From Spirosomataceae bacterium TFI 002 (lineage in GTDB: Bacteria > Bacteroidota > Bacteroidia > Cytophagales > Spirosomataceae), in assembly GCA_900230115.1 (NCBI GenBank), contig LT907983.1, positions 4,198,774-4,262,773 of the forward strand: DNA of 64,000 bases. Reading direction: 5' to 3'. Shown in pieces: positions 45,065-55,140 of this stretch (its first letter is position 1; every line of letters starts with the position of its first letter). Below the pieces are notes generated by a model that saw only the letters and a list, made by a program, of their open reading frames with translations, was not told where the DNA came from and ran no database searches. A program made the position numbers and the translations under genes.

Positions 45065-45351
45065 TAAATAAGTTTTGGGTTGCAAAAAGTTAGGTAATCC
45101 CTACTATGAGGAATTCCATTTTGACAGGGATAAATAATACTTAACTCACTTCCTTTTTCTTAAACCCAGAGTTAATATTACCAGAATAAGTAGAAAAGCG
45201 ATGTTCAAACGATTAGATTATTGATTACTATTTGAAGATACGACAGTGATTTTTGATACTTAAAGAAGTGGATCTGTCTCGCTTAAAAGTTTTTAAATAC
45301 TCGGTTTTGAACGATTATTGTTCTAAATTTCGTCTTAATTCAACCCATTCA

Positions 45352-46266
45352 ATGACTTCACGAAGAACATTTATCAAGCAATCTAGCTTAGGACTGGCTG
45401 CTTTAACTTTTCCATTTTCTAAAACCAAGTCTGTTGCTCCGCTTTGTTATTTTACAAAAGAAATGCAGTGGGCAAGTTATGATGAGGTAGGAATGATGCT
45501 GAACGAACTTGGTTTTGATGGGGCAGACTTATCCCTTAGAAAAAGAGGTAGCATAGAGCCTGAAAATGCAGCTAAAGAATTACCAAAATTCGTTTCAGCA
45601 CTTAATCGCCATGGTATAAGTGTGCCTATGATGGCAAGCGATATTGGAGGCGTAGGTTATCCAAATATTGAGGAATTCTTGAAGATTATCAGCGACAATG
45701 GGATCAAGTATTACCGCATGGCATACCTCAAGTATGATTTCAAAAAGTCTATAGAAGCAAATATTGAAATTTTCCATGCTGGCTTTCAAAAACTAGCAGC
45801 CTTGAATGCCAAATATGGTCTTGCAGCATCTTACCAAAATCATGCTGGCACTAGCCTAGGAGCGAGTGTATGGGATGTGGTTTATTCATTGAAAGGTATA
45901 GATAAAAAGCAAGTAGGGGCACAGTTCGATATCAGGCATGCAGTGGTAGAAGGAGGAGAATCTTGGCCTGTGGATTTTGCAGCCATAAAGTCCCATATCA
46001 ATACCATAGTAACAAAAGATTTTTATTGGGCAAAGAACGAAGCAGGTAAATGGAAAGTGAAAAATGTGCCTCTGGGAGAAGGAATGGTTGATTTTGATGC
46101 CTATTTCAAACTATACAAAGAAGCAGGTTTGGATGTTCCTATGACAAACCATACTGAATACCCAATTTTCAATGAAGAGCAAGAACACCTTTCGAATAAG
46201 GAGAAAATGAAGATTATTCTTCCAGTTATCAGGAAAGACCTTAATGTAATAAAGAAATACTTGTGA
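45352..46266 (+). CDS. Sugar phosphate isomerase/epimerase (xylose-isomerase-like TIM barrel) with a Tat signal
   Basis: MTSRRTFIKQSSLGLAALTF twin-arginine signal. Acidic and His residues typical of a TIM barrel. Confidence 0.65.
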   Translation: MTSRRTFIKQSSLGLAALTFPFSKTKSVAPLCYFTKEMQWASYDEVGMMLNELGFDGADLSLRKRGSIEPENAAKELPKFVSALNRHGISVPMMASDIGGVGYPNIEEFLKIISDNGIKYYRMAYLKYDFKKSIEANIEIFHAGFQKLAALNAKYGLAASYQNHAGTSLGASVWDVVYSLKGIDKKQVGAQFDIRHAVVEGGESWPVDFAAIKSHINTIVTKDFYWAKNEAGKWKVKNVPLGEGMVDFDAYFKLYKEAGLDVPMTNHTEYPIFNEEQEHLSNKEKMKIILPVIRKDLNVIKKYL

Positions 46267-46301
46267 GATTTTCATTAATTGAAATGAAGCGTTGAACTTG
46301 C

Positions 46302-46679
46302 TTAGTCCTTTTTTACCATTTGACTAACTTTCCAACTAATCCAAATCAATAAAAACTGTATGGGAAGTCGAATATAAGCGGCTTTTGTGCTTCCAATTGC
46401 CGGCGTGTCGGAGAAAATGTCGCCTATGTGAATTGGAAGAAAAATAAGCATCAAAGCTATTATACCTAATGCACCGTAGTAGGAGTATTTCGGGATAAGA
46501 AGTAGCACGCCAAATAGGATTTCTAAAAATCCTGAGGCATAAATGATGAGCATTTTTGCAAATAAAAAATCTGGGACGAAAGCCAAGTAGAACTCTGGTT
46601 TTAGAAAATGCTGAACCCCTCCATAAATAAGAAATAGAGCAAGAATATACTTTAATGCAATCCAGATTTTAGTTTTCAT
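46302..46679 (-). CDS. DoxX family membrane protein
   Basis: ILALFLIYGGVQHFLKPEFY and four TM helices. Confidence 0.7.
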   Translation of the reverse strand: MKTKIWIALKYILALFLIYGGVQHFLKPEFYLAFVPDFLFAKMLIIYASGFLEILFGVLLLIPKYSYYGALGIIALMLIFLPIHIGDIFSDTPAIGSTKAAYIRLPIQFLLIWISWKVSQMVKKD

Positions 46680-46689
46680 TTTTGTAGGG

Positions 46690-46722
46690 TTTAAATAAAA
46701 AAGGTCGAAAAATCGACCTTTT
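46690..46722 (-). terminator. Bidirectional-looking rho-independent terminator
   Basis: aaaaaaggtcgaaaaatcgacctttttg: a hairpin flanked by an A-run and a T-run. Confidence 0.6.
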
Positions 46723-46742
46723 TGTAATTGTGAGAATATACT

Positions 46743-47699
46743 TTATTCAAAAACCTCAATACTGTTAAGTTCTGGTCCTCCACCTCTATTTTGTGAACCT
46801 GCTGCAGTATAAATCTTTCCGTTTATAACTCCTGCACCAGTACCGTGTCTTCCCATATTGAGTTTTGGCATGCTTGTCCATTTCATTGTTTTAGGATCGA
46901 AAGCCTCAACTTCACTGTGAGCAGGCAACTGACCACCACTTTCACCACCTAAAATCACCACTTTGTTATTGAAAACAACTGCGGAAGAACCTGCACGCAT
47001 AGTTGGGATATGACCTTCCATTTCTGCAGATTTCCATTTGTTGGTGGCAAAGTCAAAAACGTCAACATTTGATTCTGTTAGTGACATAACTTCGTTTGTT
47101 TTTGCCCTTGACCTTCTTCCTCCAGCGACTACGAGCTGAGTGCCAATGGTTGCAACCCCAACATGGTCTCTCGCACGAGGTGCGTCGGGTAATTGAGCCC
47201 ACCTTCCAGTAGCTGGGTCCAAGCTATCAAACCAAGTTACATGGCCATTCCAATGTCCGTCTACAATGCCACATACCAGGTATATTTTGTCATTGTAAAC
47301 AAAACATCCAGCTCCACCTCTTTTGCGAGGAATCTCTGGCCCTTTTCGCCATTCATTTTTCTTTGGATTGAAAATATAAACATGGGGGATTGGAGTTTCA
47401 TGGGGATATCTTCCTGTCAAAGCTCCAATCACATAAAGCTCATCTTTATAAGCGATGGCCTGAAAATGGTGCATTTCGAGTGGTGTTTCTGCCAATTGCT
47501 CCCATGTGTTGGTTTTTGTATGAAAAACTTCAACAGGCTTTATTCCTCTTCCACCGATGACATAAAAGTCGTCGCCAAGAGCAACCGCTGAGTTTTCGTG
47601 ACGAACAGTAGGGTTTCCTTTTGCTTCAATTGTTTTCCAATTTTGTGCAATTGAAACTGGTGCCGAAATAAGGATAAATACTAATACTAAATATTTCAT
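46743..47699 (-). CDS. Kelch-repeat beta-propeller protein, secreted
   Basis: Signal peptide. Repeated ...YVIGG.....W...P...R..... Confidence 0.75.
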   Translation of the reverse strand: MKYLVLVFILISAPVSIAQNWKTIEAKGNPTVRHENSAVALGDDFYVIGGRGIKPVEVFHTKTNTWEQLAETPLEMHHFQAIAYKDELYVIGALTGRYPHETPIPHVYIFNPKKNEWRKGPEIPRKRGGAGCFVYNDKIYLVCGIVDGHWNGHVTWFDSLDPATGRWAQLPDAPRARDHVGVATIGTQLVVAGGRRSRAKTNEVMSLTESNVDVFDFATNKWKSAEMEGHIPTMRAGSSAVVFNNKVVILGGESGGQLPAHSEVEAFDPKTMKWTSMPKLNMGRHGTGAGVINGKIYTAAGSQNRGGGPELNSIEVFE

Positions 47700-47702
47700 T
47701 TT

Positions 47703-49130
47703 TTATAATGGTTGAAGTTTGTAAACGATACCTGGCTTTTCTACAGAAACGTAGATAAATCCATCTTGACCTTGAATAATATTTCTTGTGCGGCCAATAT
47801 TCAGAAGTACCTTTTCCTCTTTTACGATTTTATTATTTTTCATAACGCAACGATTAACATAATTGAACCGAAGCGAACCTGCTAGTAAGTCACTTTTCCA
47901 GCCTGGATATTTATCGCCTGTTACAAAAGTAAGTCCAGATGGAGCAATAGAAGGTAACCAATAGATTTGCGGTTGTTCCATGCCTTTTTTCTCGGTCAGT
48001 GTTGTGAAAGTTGTACCGTCGTAGTTTATTCCATAAGAAATAACTGGCCAGCCAAAGTTCTTGCCTTTTTCAATGATATTGACCTCATCTCCTCCTCTAG
48101 GGCCATGCTCAGTTTCCCATAGTTGGTTGGTCGTAGGGTTTAGAGCTAAACCCTGAGGATTCCTGTGTCCATAACTCCATATCGTCTTCATAGCTCCATT
48201 CTGCTTATAAAACGGATTATCTGTTGGAATGCTGCCATCGTCATTAATACGGTGGATTTTACCGCACTGACTTGCTAAACTCTGAGGGTTTTCGTCTCTA
48301 TTTCCTCTGTCTCCAACAGAAATAAATAGGTATCCTTCTCTGTTAAATTCCAACCTAGATCCATAATGATGCCTAGTTTTGGAATACGGAAGTGCTTCAA
48401 AAACCTCTTTGGAATTTACCCAATTTCCGTTTTCTATTTGGCCTCTTATTACTGCTGTTGTACTAAGCTTCTCGCCATCTTCTTCTTTGGATTTGGAGTA
48501 AGAAATATATACGAATCCGTTGGAGGCGTATTTGGGATGAAGTTTTAAATCAAGCATTCCACCTTGTCCTTCGGAAAGGGCCTCTGGAAGTCCTTTGATT
48601 TTTATTTTGTTGCCATCAGTATTCACTTGTAATAAGTCACCACTTCTATCGGTAACGAATATTTTTCCATCAGGCAAAACGGCCATACCCCATGGTACAT
48701 CAATACCTTCAACTACTGGAACAAGTTTTATTGTCATACCATCTACGGTATACACTTCTTGTTTTTTTACGTCTTTGAAATCATATTGTGTCACTGTACC
48801 GAGGCTCTGAACAATTAAATCGGCCATGGCATCAATTTCTCCTTTAGTTAATGCGGCTGACCAAGTTGGCATTCCCTCGTCTACATAACCATTTGTAATG
48901 CTAGCAATGATTTCGGGTTTTGTGTTGCCATGTTTCCATTTTCTGTCTACAAAGGCTTCTACTTTTTGTCCATGACAACCGGAGCATAGTTCGGTATATA
49001 TTTCTGATGGATCGCGTTCTTTGCTAGCCAAAAGGTCGCTGCTGGCAGTGGCTACTTGCTTGTTTTGGACGCAGTTCGTTATTAGAAAAGTGCTTCCTAT
49101 TAAGCCTAATAAGATTGATATTATTTTCAT
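47703..49130 (-). CDS. PQQ-dependent sugar (glucose/sorbosone) dehydrogenase with an N-terminal cytochrome-c domain
   Basis: CSGCHGQK (CxxCH) followed by Met ligand context. GDH-B-like: MAVLPDGKIFVTDRSGDL...GGMLDLKLHP...GHRNPQGLA. Confidence 0.8.
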   Translation of the reverse strand: MKIISILLGLIGSTFLITNCVQNKQVATASSDLLASKERDPSEIYTELCSGCHGQKVEAFVDRKWKHGNTKPEIIASITNGYVDEGMPTWSAALTKGEIDAMADLIVQSLGTVTQYDFKDVKKQEVYTVDGMTIKLVPVVEGIDVPWGMAVLPDGKIFVTDRSGDLLQVNTDGNKIKIKGLPEALSEGQGGMLDLKLHPKYASNGFVYISYSKSKEEDGEKLSTTAVIRGQIENGNWVNSKEVFEALPYSKTRHHYGSRLEFNREGYLFISVGDRGNRDENPQSLASQCGKIHRINDDGSIPTDNPFYKQNGAMKTIWSYGHRNPQGLALNPTTNQLWETEHGPRGGDEVNIIEKGKNFGWPVISYGINYDGTTFTTLTEKKGMEQPQIYWLPSIAPSGLTFVTGDKYPGWKSDLLAGSLRFNYVNRCVMKNNKIVKEEKVLLNIGRTRNIIQGQDGFIYVSVEKPGIVYKLQPL

Positions 49131-49244
49131 TGTTGAAATTTAAAGAAGCAAGTTACGATAATGGCTTAAATCCTCCTCAAAATGTAAAAGAAAAGCCACT
49201 ACCCAGAGGATAGCGGCTTTATTGTAGATATAGATGTAATGTAT

Positions 49245-51389
49245 TTACTTTTTCATTGCAGCAACTTCAGCTTCGAGCTTTTCAATTCGCTCATTAGCTT
49301 GTATGATGTACAATGTTAATTCTTCAATTTTTTCCATTTGCTTTGCAGCAATTTCTGCCATATCAATTCCGTTTTCGGCTACTTCCTGTGCAGATGGCAC
49401 ATTTGGTAGGTGCTTGTATTCTTCAATGAACTTAGCAACATCCTTTATTGGCATTAATTTATAACTTCTGTCGAAAACGTAGTCAGCCCATTTATCGGAG
49501 TTTGCAACTGCAACTCTAACTCTCTCGGCTAGTATACCATTTTTAACATAAAGGTTAAAACCATCTGGAAGCTTAGTGATACCTGCTCCAATTACAACTT
49601 TCTCGTTGTTTTGAGTTACGATAGTTCCGTTTTGGGTTTTCCAAAAACCATCTGTTACCGTAGTTCCACCAGACCCTGAAGGGGCACTTGTAAGGATAAC
49701 ATAACCTTCTGAATTGACAGATAAGGCTTTACCATTGGAGGGTTGTGGATTTGAATTTGCATTGATTGTCATGAATTTTATTCCATAGTCAGCTACACCT
49801 AGTCCTCTAGTGAAAACAGCAGAGGTAAAGAGTGTTTCTTCCACATCTAGGTTTCCTTGAATCCTTACTTTTCTATCAGTATTGGTAACTCTATCTTCAG
49901 AGTCAAGGGACCAAAATCCACTATCTCCTCCACCAGTTGTTGTTCCAGAAGTACCTATTTTATCGTTAACTAAGATTACTTTTCCTTCACTATCGACACT
50001 TAAAACTTTTCCGTTTGAAATTGTAGAAGGGGAGTTGCTATTGAAATTACTGAATTTCAATCCGTTCGAAATATTTACCAATCCTACATTGTTATTTGAG
50101 ATATCACCGCCTGATACATTCCAAGTTATTTGGCTAGTTCCTGTAGGGGTGCTACTTATAGGGGCATTTACAAGCGTTACTTTTCCGTTTGCATCAAGAC
50201 TTAAGAACTTACCTGTTGCACTTCCTAGTCCACTTAATGTAAGGCCGCCATTCTCAACAAACATAGCATTAGACCTTAATATTCCACCAATGGTAGCATC
50301 TCTATTGATCAATACATTTCCTGAGTTATTATTGACAAGGTCGTTTCCGTTCAGTTGCCAGTTTGAAGCACTTTTGGGTTCATAATAATCATTTACCAAA
50401 ACTACTTCTCCCGAACTATTAAGAGCGAGAACTTTTCTATTTCCATTTGTAGCAGGAGAATTGCTGTTCAGTTTTTCAAAACTCAATCCACTTGTGTTAA
50501 GCTTTCCGCTATTGATTGTAAAGGCACTAGTAAGTGAAGTTGTATTGATACCAACTCTTGCAGCATCAAAATCTCCATATATAAGGGAAGCCTTACCAGC
50601 GTCATTACTGATATGTAGTTTATTGTTTGATGATTCGAAGTAACCTGCTTGGAAACCCAAGAATACGTTTCCTTTTCCAGTTGACTTGTATCCCGCGAGT
50701 GAACCCAATGCAGTATTCTTTTCACTACCGCCATTTGCGGCCAAGGCACCACTACCGATAGCTACGTTGTGATCACCATTATCATTATTAAATAATGTTT
50801 GATACCCTATTGCTACGTTGTTTCCGCCAGTATTTGCCTTTTGCATGGCTAAAGCTCCAACTATTACAGAGTTATAACCCTTGCTAAGAAATCCAGCTTT
50901 ATAACCAAAAGAACTCATTCCTCTACGGTAATCTATTGTTCCCGAAGCGAAGTTGTTTACTTTGAACTGAATAGAAGTTGTATCCGTAGTTCCTATAAAG
51001 TGTTCTGAACTATTAAGCCCAGAATTTCCGGCGGTACCCCAAGTTGTTGCATCGTTCGCTTCAAGATTCGCTCCTGCGTTACTTCCTGATACTAGAGACC
51101 ACTTATTTGAATTATATACGTATAATCCACTTAGCATGTTGGTTTGAAAAACCATTAGGCCTTGAGCTGGACTTAGAATATTTGCCCTTTCTGTAAGGGT
51201 CATTCTAGGTAAAAGTAGCCCTTTCGACTTAGAAGAAAGATCTAAGATGGCTGATTGATCCGGTTGTGTTGTACCTATACCGACTCCGCCCTCGCTTTCT
51301 TTTTTTGTTTGACCAAAAACTGTACTTGCTGAAACTGAAGTTAATATTAGGATAAGCCGGAGATACTTAATTGTGTTAAGTGTTCTCAT
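49245..51389 (-). CDS. Secreted tail-fibre-like repeat protein with a C-terminal peptidase-S74 (endosialidase intramolecular chaperone) domain
   Basis: Signal peptide. Gly/Asn-rich repeats (GNNVAIGYQTLFNNDNGDHNVAIGSGALAANGG...). C-terminus ...NSDKWADYVFD...LMPIKDV...HLPNVPSAQEVAENGIDMAEIAAKQMEKIEELTLYIIQANERIEKLEAEVAAMKK matches the S74 chaperone plus coiled coil. Confidence 0.65.
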   Translation of the reverse strand: MRTLNTIKYLRLILILTSVSASTVFGQTKKESEGGVGIGTTQPDQSAILDLSSKSKGLLLPRMTLTERANILSPAQGLMVFQTNMLSGLYVYNSNKWSLVSGSNAGANLEANDATTWGTAGNSGLNSSEHFIGTTDTTSIQFKVNNFASGTIDYRRGMSSFGYKAGFLSKGYNSVIVGALAMQKANTGGNNVAIGYQTLFNNDNGDHNVAIGSGALAANGGSEKNTALGSLAGYKSTGKGNVFLGFQAGYFESSNNKLHISNDAGKASLIYGDFDAARVGINTTSLTSAFTINSGKLNTSGLSFEKLNSNSPATNGNRKVLALNSSGEVVLVNDYYEPKSASNWQLNGNDLVNNNSGNVLINRDATIGGILRSNAMFVENGGLTLSGLGSATGKFLSLDANGKVTLVNAPISSTPTGTSQITWNVSGGDISNNNVGLVNISNGLKFSNFNSNSPSTISNGKVLSVDSEGKVILVNDKIGTSGTTTGGGDSGFWSLDSEDRVTNTDRKVRIQGNLDVEETLFTSAVFTRGLGVADYGIKFMTINANSNPQPSNGKALSVNSEGYVILTSAPSGSGGTTVTDGFWKTQNGTIVTQNNEKVVIGAGITKLPDGFNLYVKNGILAERVRVAVANSDKWADYVFDRSYKLMPIKDVAKFIEEYKHLPNVPSAQEVAENGIDMAEIAAKQMEKIEELTLYIIQANERIEKLEAEVAAMKK

Positions 51390-51681
51390 TTAGTTAAATT
51401 ATTTTCTCTTGACAAATTAGTTGTGAGTTTTTACCTCGAATACACGACTTCAAAAAAGATGCCACTTTTCGAAAAATTGACCGTTTAATAAAATAATTGC
51501 CTCGCTGAGGACTATTGTAAGAATGAGAGTGTCTTCATAAGCTTATATTTTTTTTGCATTTAATCCAATTTGCCAATCAAGATTTCTTTTTTTTAGCGAA
51601 TAGGCTTATAAAATCCTTTGGTGAGTCTGCTTAATTCTATTTACTTTTGCGATCAGTGAAAACGAACTACTAAAGTATCGA

Positions 51682-52656
51682 ATGAAAAAAGTTGCAGTAT
51701 TTACATCAGGTGGAGATGCTCCAGGAATGAACGCTTGTATAAGAGCGATTGTGAGAGGTGGGATATATCATGGATTAGATATATATGGAATTAAAAGAGG
51801 TTACAATGGAATGATCTCAGGAGACATTTTCCAGATGGACTCTAGATCGGTAAGTAATATTATACAAATAGGAGGTACTATTTTAAAATCGGCAAGAAGC
51901 AAGGAGTTCATGACTCCCGAAGGTCGAAAAAAAGCCTACGAAACATTAATGAGTAATGGTATAGATGGACTTATTGCTATCGGTGGAAATGGTACTTTCA
52001 CAGGAGCAGAGGTATTTTTTAATGAATACCAGATTCCTTGTGTAGGTTGCCCAGGTACTATTGATAACGATTTATTTGGTACAGATTATACCATTGGGTT
52101 TGACACCGCGGTAAACACCTCACTTGAGGCGATTGATAAAATTAGAGATACAGCTGACTCTCACGATAGAATATTCTTTATCGAAGTAATGGGTCGTGAC
52201 TCTGGTTATATCGCTATTCAATCTGGAATAGGTGGAGGTGCAGAAATTGTAATGGTTCCAGAAACGCATACTCCTATAAAAGCAGTTGTAAAAACATTGA
52301 AAGAAGGCTGGAGAAGATCTAAGTCCTCTTCTATTGTTGTTGTTGCTGAAGGTGATGAAGAAGGTAAAGCACCCGAAATTGCTGAGAAAATAAGAAAACA
52401 AGTTGGAGACAAGCTTGATATTAGGGTAACTACGCTTGGACACATTCAAAGAGGAGGTGGTCCTACTGCTTATGACCGCATATTGGCGAGCAGATTAGGT
52501 CTTGGTGCTATTGAAGGTCTTATTCGCGGTGAAAAGAATGTGATGGCTGGAATTGTAAACAATGAATTGGTATTTACTCCATTTATTGATACAATTCAAA
52601 AACATAAGCCAATTCATGATGACCTACTTCGCATGGTTCACATATTAAGCACTTAA
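51682..52656 (+). CDS. pfkA: ATP-dependent 6-phosphofructokinase
   Basis: KKVAVFTSGGDAPGMNACIRAIVR...GIKRGYNGM...GGDGT...MGRDSG. Confidence 0.95.
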   Translation: MKKVAVFTSGGDAPGMNACIRAIVRGGIYHGLDIYGIKRGYNGMISGDIFQMDSRSVSNIIQIGGTILKSARSKEFMTPEGRKKAYETLMSNGIDGLIAIGGNGTFTGAEVFFNEYQIPCVGCPGTIDNDLFGTDYTIGFDTAVNTSLEAIDKIRDTADSHDRIFFIEVMGRDSGYIAIQSGIGGGAEIVMVPETHTPIKAVVKTLKEGWRRSKSSSIVVVAEGDEEGKAPEIAEKIRKQVGDKLDIRVTTLGHIQRGGGPTAYDRILASRLGLGAIEGLIRGEKNVMAGIVNNELVFTPFIDTIQKHKPIHDDLLRMVHILST

Positions 52657-53405
52657 AGGTAGCCTTTGGCTTTGTATACCCAGTAACCTACTACTTCTTT
52701 AATAAGATATTCGCTAATTACGAAATTCTTAGCTTGAGGAAGTAGTACATAAATATCCCATGGAGCATTATAATTCATGTTGGAGGCTGGGTAAAGTAGG
52801 TAATCAAGACCTTGTTTTTGAAAACAAGCTTGTGCTCTTTTTAAATGATATGCTGAGGAAACAAGAATGCCATTCTTGCCCAAGTTTTGTTTTTTGACCA
52901 TTTGGGAGGTAAAAAGTGCATTTTCGTAGGTATTAACTGCCTCGGTTTCCTGAAGGATAGAATCTGCAGGTACACCGTTTTGTACTAGAAATTCCTTTGC
53001 TAAGGAGTTTTCATTCACTTTTTTTGGGTTTATGTCGCCACCAGAGATGATAATTTGATCTATTTTCTTGTTTTGATAAAGTTGTAAAACTTTCCAAAGC
53101 CTATCTCCAGATACTCCAAGTTGTATGTTACTGTCATGCTCATTCACCAATCCACCAGTAAGCAAAACTGCGTAATCGTGCTTTTGAACTTTGTTAATTT
53201 CTAGTTTTGGAATTTCCCAAAAGGCTCCTAATTGTCTTAAAAAGAAGGAACTACAAAAAATATATGTTAAGCTAATGCTAAAAATAGCAAGCCATTTGAC
53301 TTTGGTATGATTTTTTCGATTGAGGTAAATAAGAACGCCCAATATAAGCAAGATGCCTTGTGGTAAAACCATGAAACCAAGGAATTTGGAAAAGAAGAAA
53401 AACAT
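52653..53405 (-). CDS. DUF218/YdcF (SanA/ElyC-like) family membrane protein
   Basis: YAVLLTGGLVNEHD...IIISGGD. Its stop overlaps the pfkA stop (convergent TTAA). Confidence 0.65.
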   Translation of the reverse strand: MFFFFSKFLGFMVLPQGILLILGVLIYLNRKNHTKVKWLAIFSISLTYIFCSSFFLRQLGAFWEIPKLEINKVQKHDYAVLLTGGLVNEHDSNIQLGVSGDRLWKVLQLYQNKKIDQIIISGGDINPKKVNENSLAKEFLVQNGVPADSILQETEAVNTYENALFTSQMVKKQNLGKNGILVSSAYHLKRAQACFQKQGLDYLLYPASNMNYNAPWDIYVLLPQAKNFVISEYLIKEVVGYWVYKAKGYL

Positions 53406-53477
53406 AAGGCTTTGTTAATATGTATGTAGAGTAAGCGTTATTTAATAAATTTGCAAAAAATAAAGCATAACCTAATA

Positions 53478-54905
53478 ATGAACAAAATTCTAAGTATTAT
53501 AACGGTATTTCTACTTTCGGCGAGTTTTTGTTTCGGGCAGCCAGCTTACGATATCAAAGTAAAACTAAAAAGTGGCCCAGCAGATAAGTATATTCACTTA
53601 GCTCACTATTTTGGATACAACCAATATATTAAGGTGGATTCGGCGAAATTAGAAAATGGAGAGTATCGTTTTTCTGGCGATGAAAAACTTAAAGGTGGAG
53701 TTTACCTTATAGTTTTGAACACAAGTAAATATTATGATTTTGCTTACAGTGGAAACGAAACTAATATCAATATTTCAGCCGATACCACAGATTATGTGGG
53801 TACTGTGAAATTTGAAGGTTCAAAAGAAAACGATGTTCTTTTTACTTATCGTAAGTTTTTGAAAGATAAAGGTGCAGAAGCTGCTGCTTTGAATAAATTG
53901 ATGAGCACCGAAAAAGATCCTGCAATTCAAGAAGAGAACCGTCAAAAGATGATGAATCTACAGACAGAAGTTGCCAAATACATGAAAGATGTGGTTGAAG
54001 AGAATAAAGGAACCTTTGCTGCAGCAATTATTAAGGCCAATTTTGAACCTGAAGTACCTAAAGAAATTCCTCTGAATGTAGATGGTACAAAAGACTCAAC
54101 TTTTGCTTTCCGTTACTACAAAGGACATTTTTGGGATAATATAGATTTTACAGATGAGCGAATCTTGAGAACGCCATTTTATCAAACTAAGTTGGAGAAA
54201 TACTATAAAGACTTGGTATTCCAAATCCAAGACAGCATAATCATAGACTCTGATAGAATATTAAAGCTATCTAAGCAAAATCCAGAAGTATTTAGATATA
54301 CACTTTGGTGGGTTACAAATAAATACGAAAACATTGATATCGTTGGATTGGATGGTGTTTTTATTCACCTAGCGGAGAACTATTACCTTAAAGAGGCCGA
54401 TTGGTTGGATAGTACGCAAAGAGCGAAATTCGAGGATAGAGTGAGGATACTGAAGCCATTAAGAACTGGTTTTACCTTTCCAGAGCTGAAAGTAACCGAC
54501 ATGAATGGTCGTGAGTTTGAGGTGAAAGAGAACAAGTCAAAATATACTATAGTGTATTTCTACGATCCAGATTGTGGACATTGTAAGGAGTCGGCACCTA
54601 AATTGGTGGAGTTTCAAGAAAAAAATAAGGGTAAAGTCAGCGTTTACAACATTGCGGTAGAATACGAATTAGACAAAATCAAAGGTTTTGTAGAGAAATA
54701 TAAAACCGGGAATATGGTGAATGCTTGGGATGCCAAAGGTCGCTACTACTTTAGAGAGAAGTTCGATATTTATTCCACGCCAACGTCTTATATGTTGAAT
54801 GAAAAGAAGGAAATTATAGGGAAAAGAATTCCTATCGAGGAGTTTGATAGATTTATCGAATTCTACGAGAAACGCCAACAAGAGCAAGCCAAGAGCATGA
54901 AATAG
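53478..54905 (+). CDS. Thioredoxin-fold thiol-disulfide oxidoreductase (TlpA/AhpC-TSA-like) with an N-terminal DUF4369-like domain
   Basis: Signal peptide MNKILSIITVFLLSASFCFGQ. C-terminal TIVYFYDPDCGHCKESAPKL. Confidence 0.75.
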   Translation: MNKILSIITVFLLSASFCFGQPAYDIKVKLKSGPADKYIHLAHYFGYNQYIKVDSAKLENGEYRFSGDEKLKGGVYLIVLNTSKYYDFAYSGNETNINISADTTDYVGTVKFEGSKENDVLFTYRKFLKDKGAEAAALNKLMSTEKDPAIQEENRQKMMNLQTEVAKYMKDVVEENKGTFAAAIIKANFEPEVPKEIPLNVDGTKDSTFAFRYYKGHFWDNIDFTDERILRTPFYQTKLEKYYKDLVFQIQDSIIIDSDRILKLSKQNPEVFRYTLWWVTNKYENIDIVGLDGVFIHLAENYYLKEADWLDSTQRAKFEDRVRILKPLRTGFTFPELKVTDMNGREFEVKENKSKYTIVYFYDPDCGHCKESAPKLVEFQEKNKGKVSVYNIAVEYELDKIKGFVEKYKTGNMVNAWDAKGRYYFREKFDIYSTPTSYMLNEKKEIIGKRIPIEEFDRFIEFYEKRQQEQAKSMK

Positions 54906-54929
54906 CTCTTATCCGAATTAAGAAACAGT

Positions 54930-54958
54930 AAAAAAGCCCGCGAAGCGGGCTTTTTTTA
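54930..54958 (+). terminator. Rho-independent terminator
   Basis: aaaaaagcccgcgaagcgggcttttttt. Confidence 0.75.
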
Positions 54959-55140
54959 TGGGTGGATAGTCAATTATTTCTTTTTAAAATGTCCAATTTA
55001 AATCAATGGATTTAATAACCTTTGGAACTTAGGCCTCTGAAATTTTGAACTCCTTGATAGAAATTTAAAGTTGATTTATCCTTATATTTAATTGAGATTT
55101 CAACAACTTAATTTTTATTCTTCCACGTAATCAGTTTGTT

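Noticed and set aside
49245-51389. Prophage presence inferred from the tail-fibre/S74 protein
   Set aside because: No capsid, portal, terminase, integrase or tRNA attachment site in the flanks. The neighbours are housekeeping genes, so it is treated as a domesticated fibre-like protein.
51390-51681. Bacteroidetes-type promoter (TTG...TAnnTTTG) upstream of pfkA
   Set aside because: A TAcTTTTG -7-like element is present around 51635-51642, but the nearest TTG is about 29 bp upstream, outside the usual 19-21-bp spacing. It is not reported as a feature.
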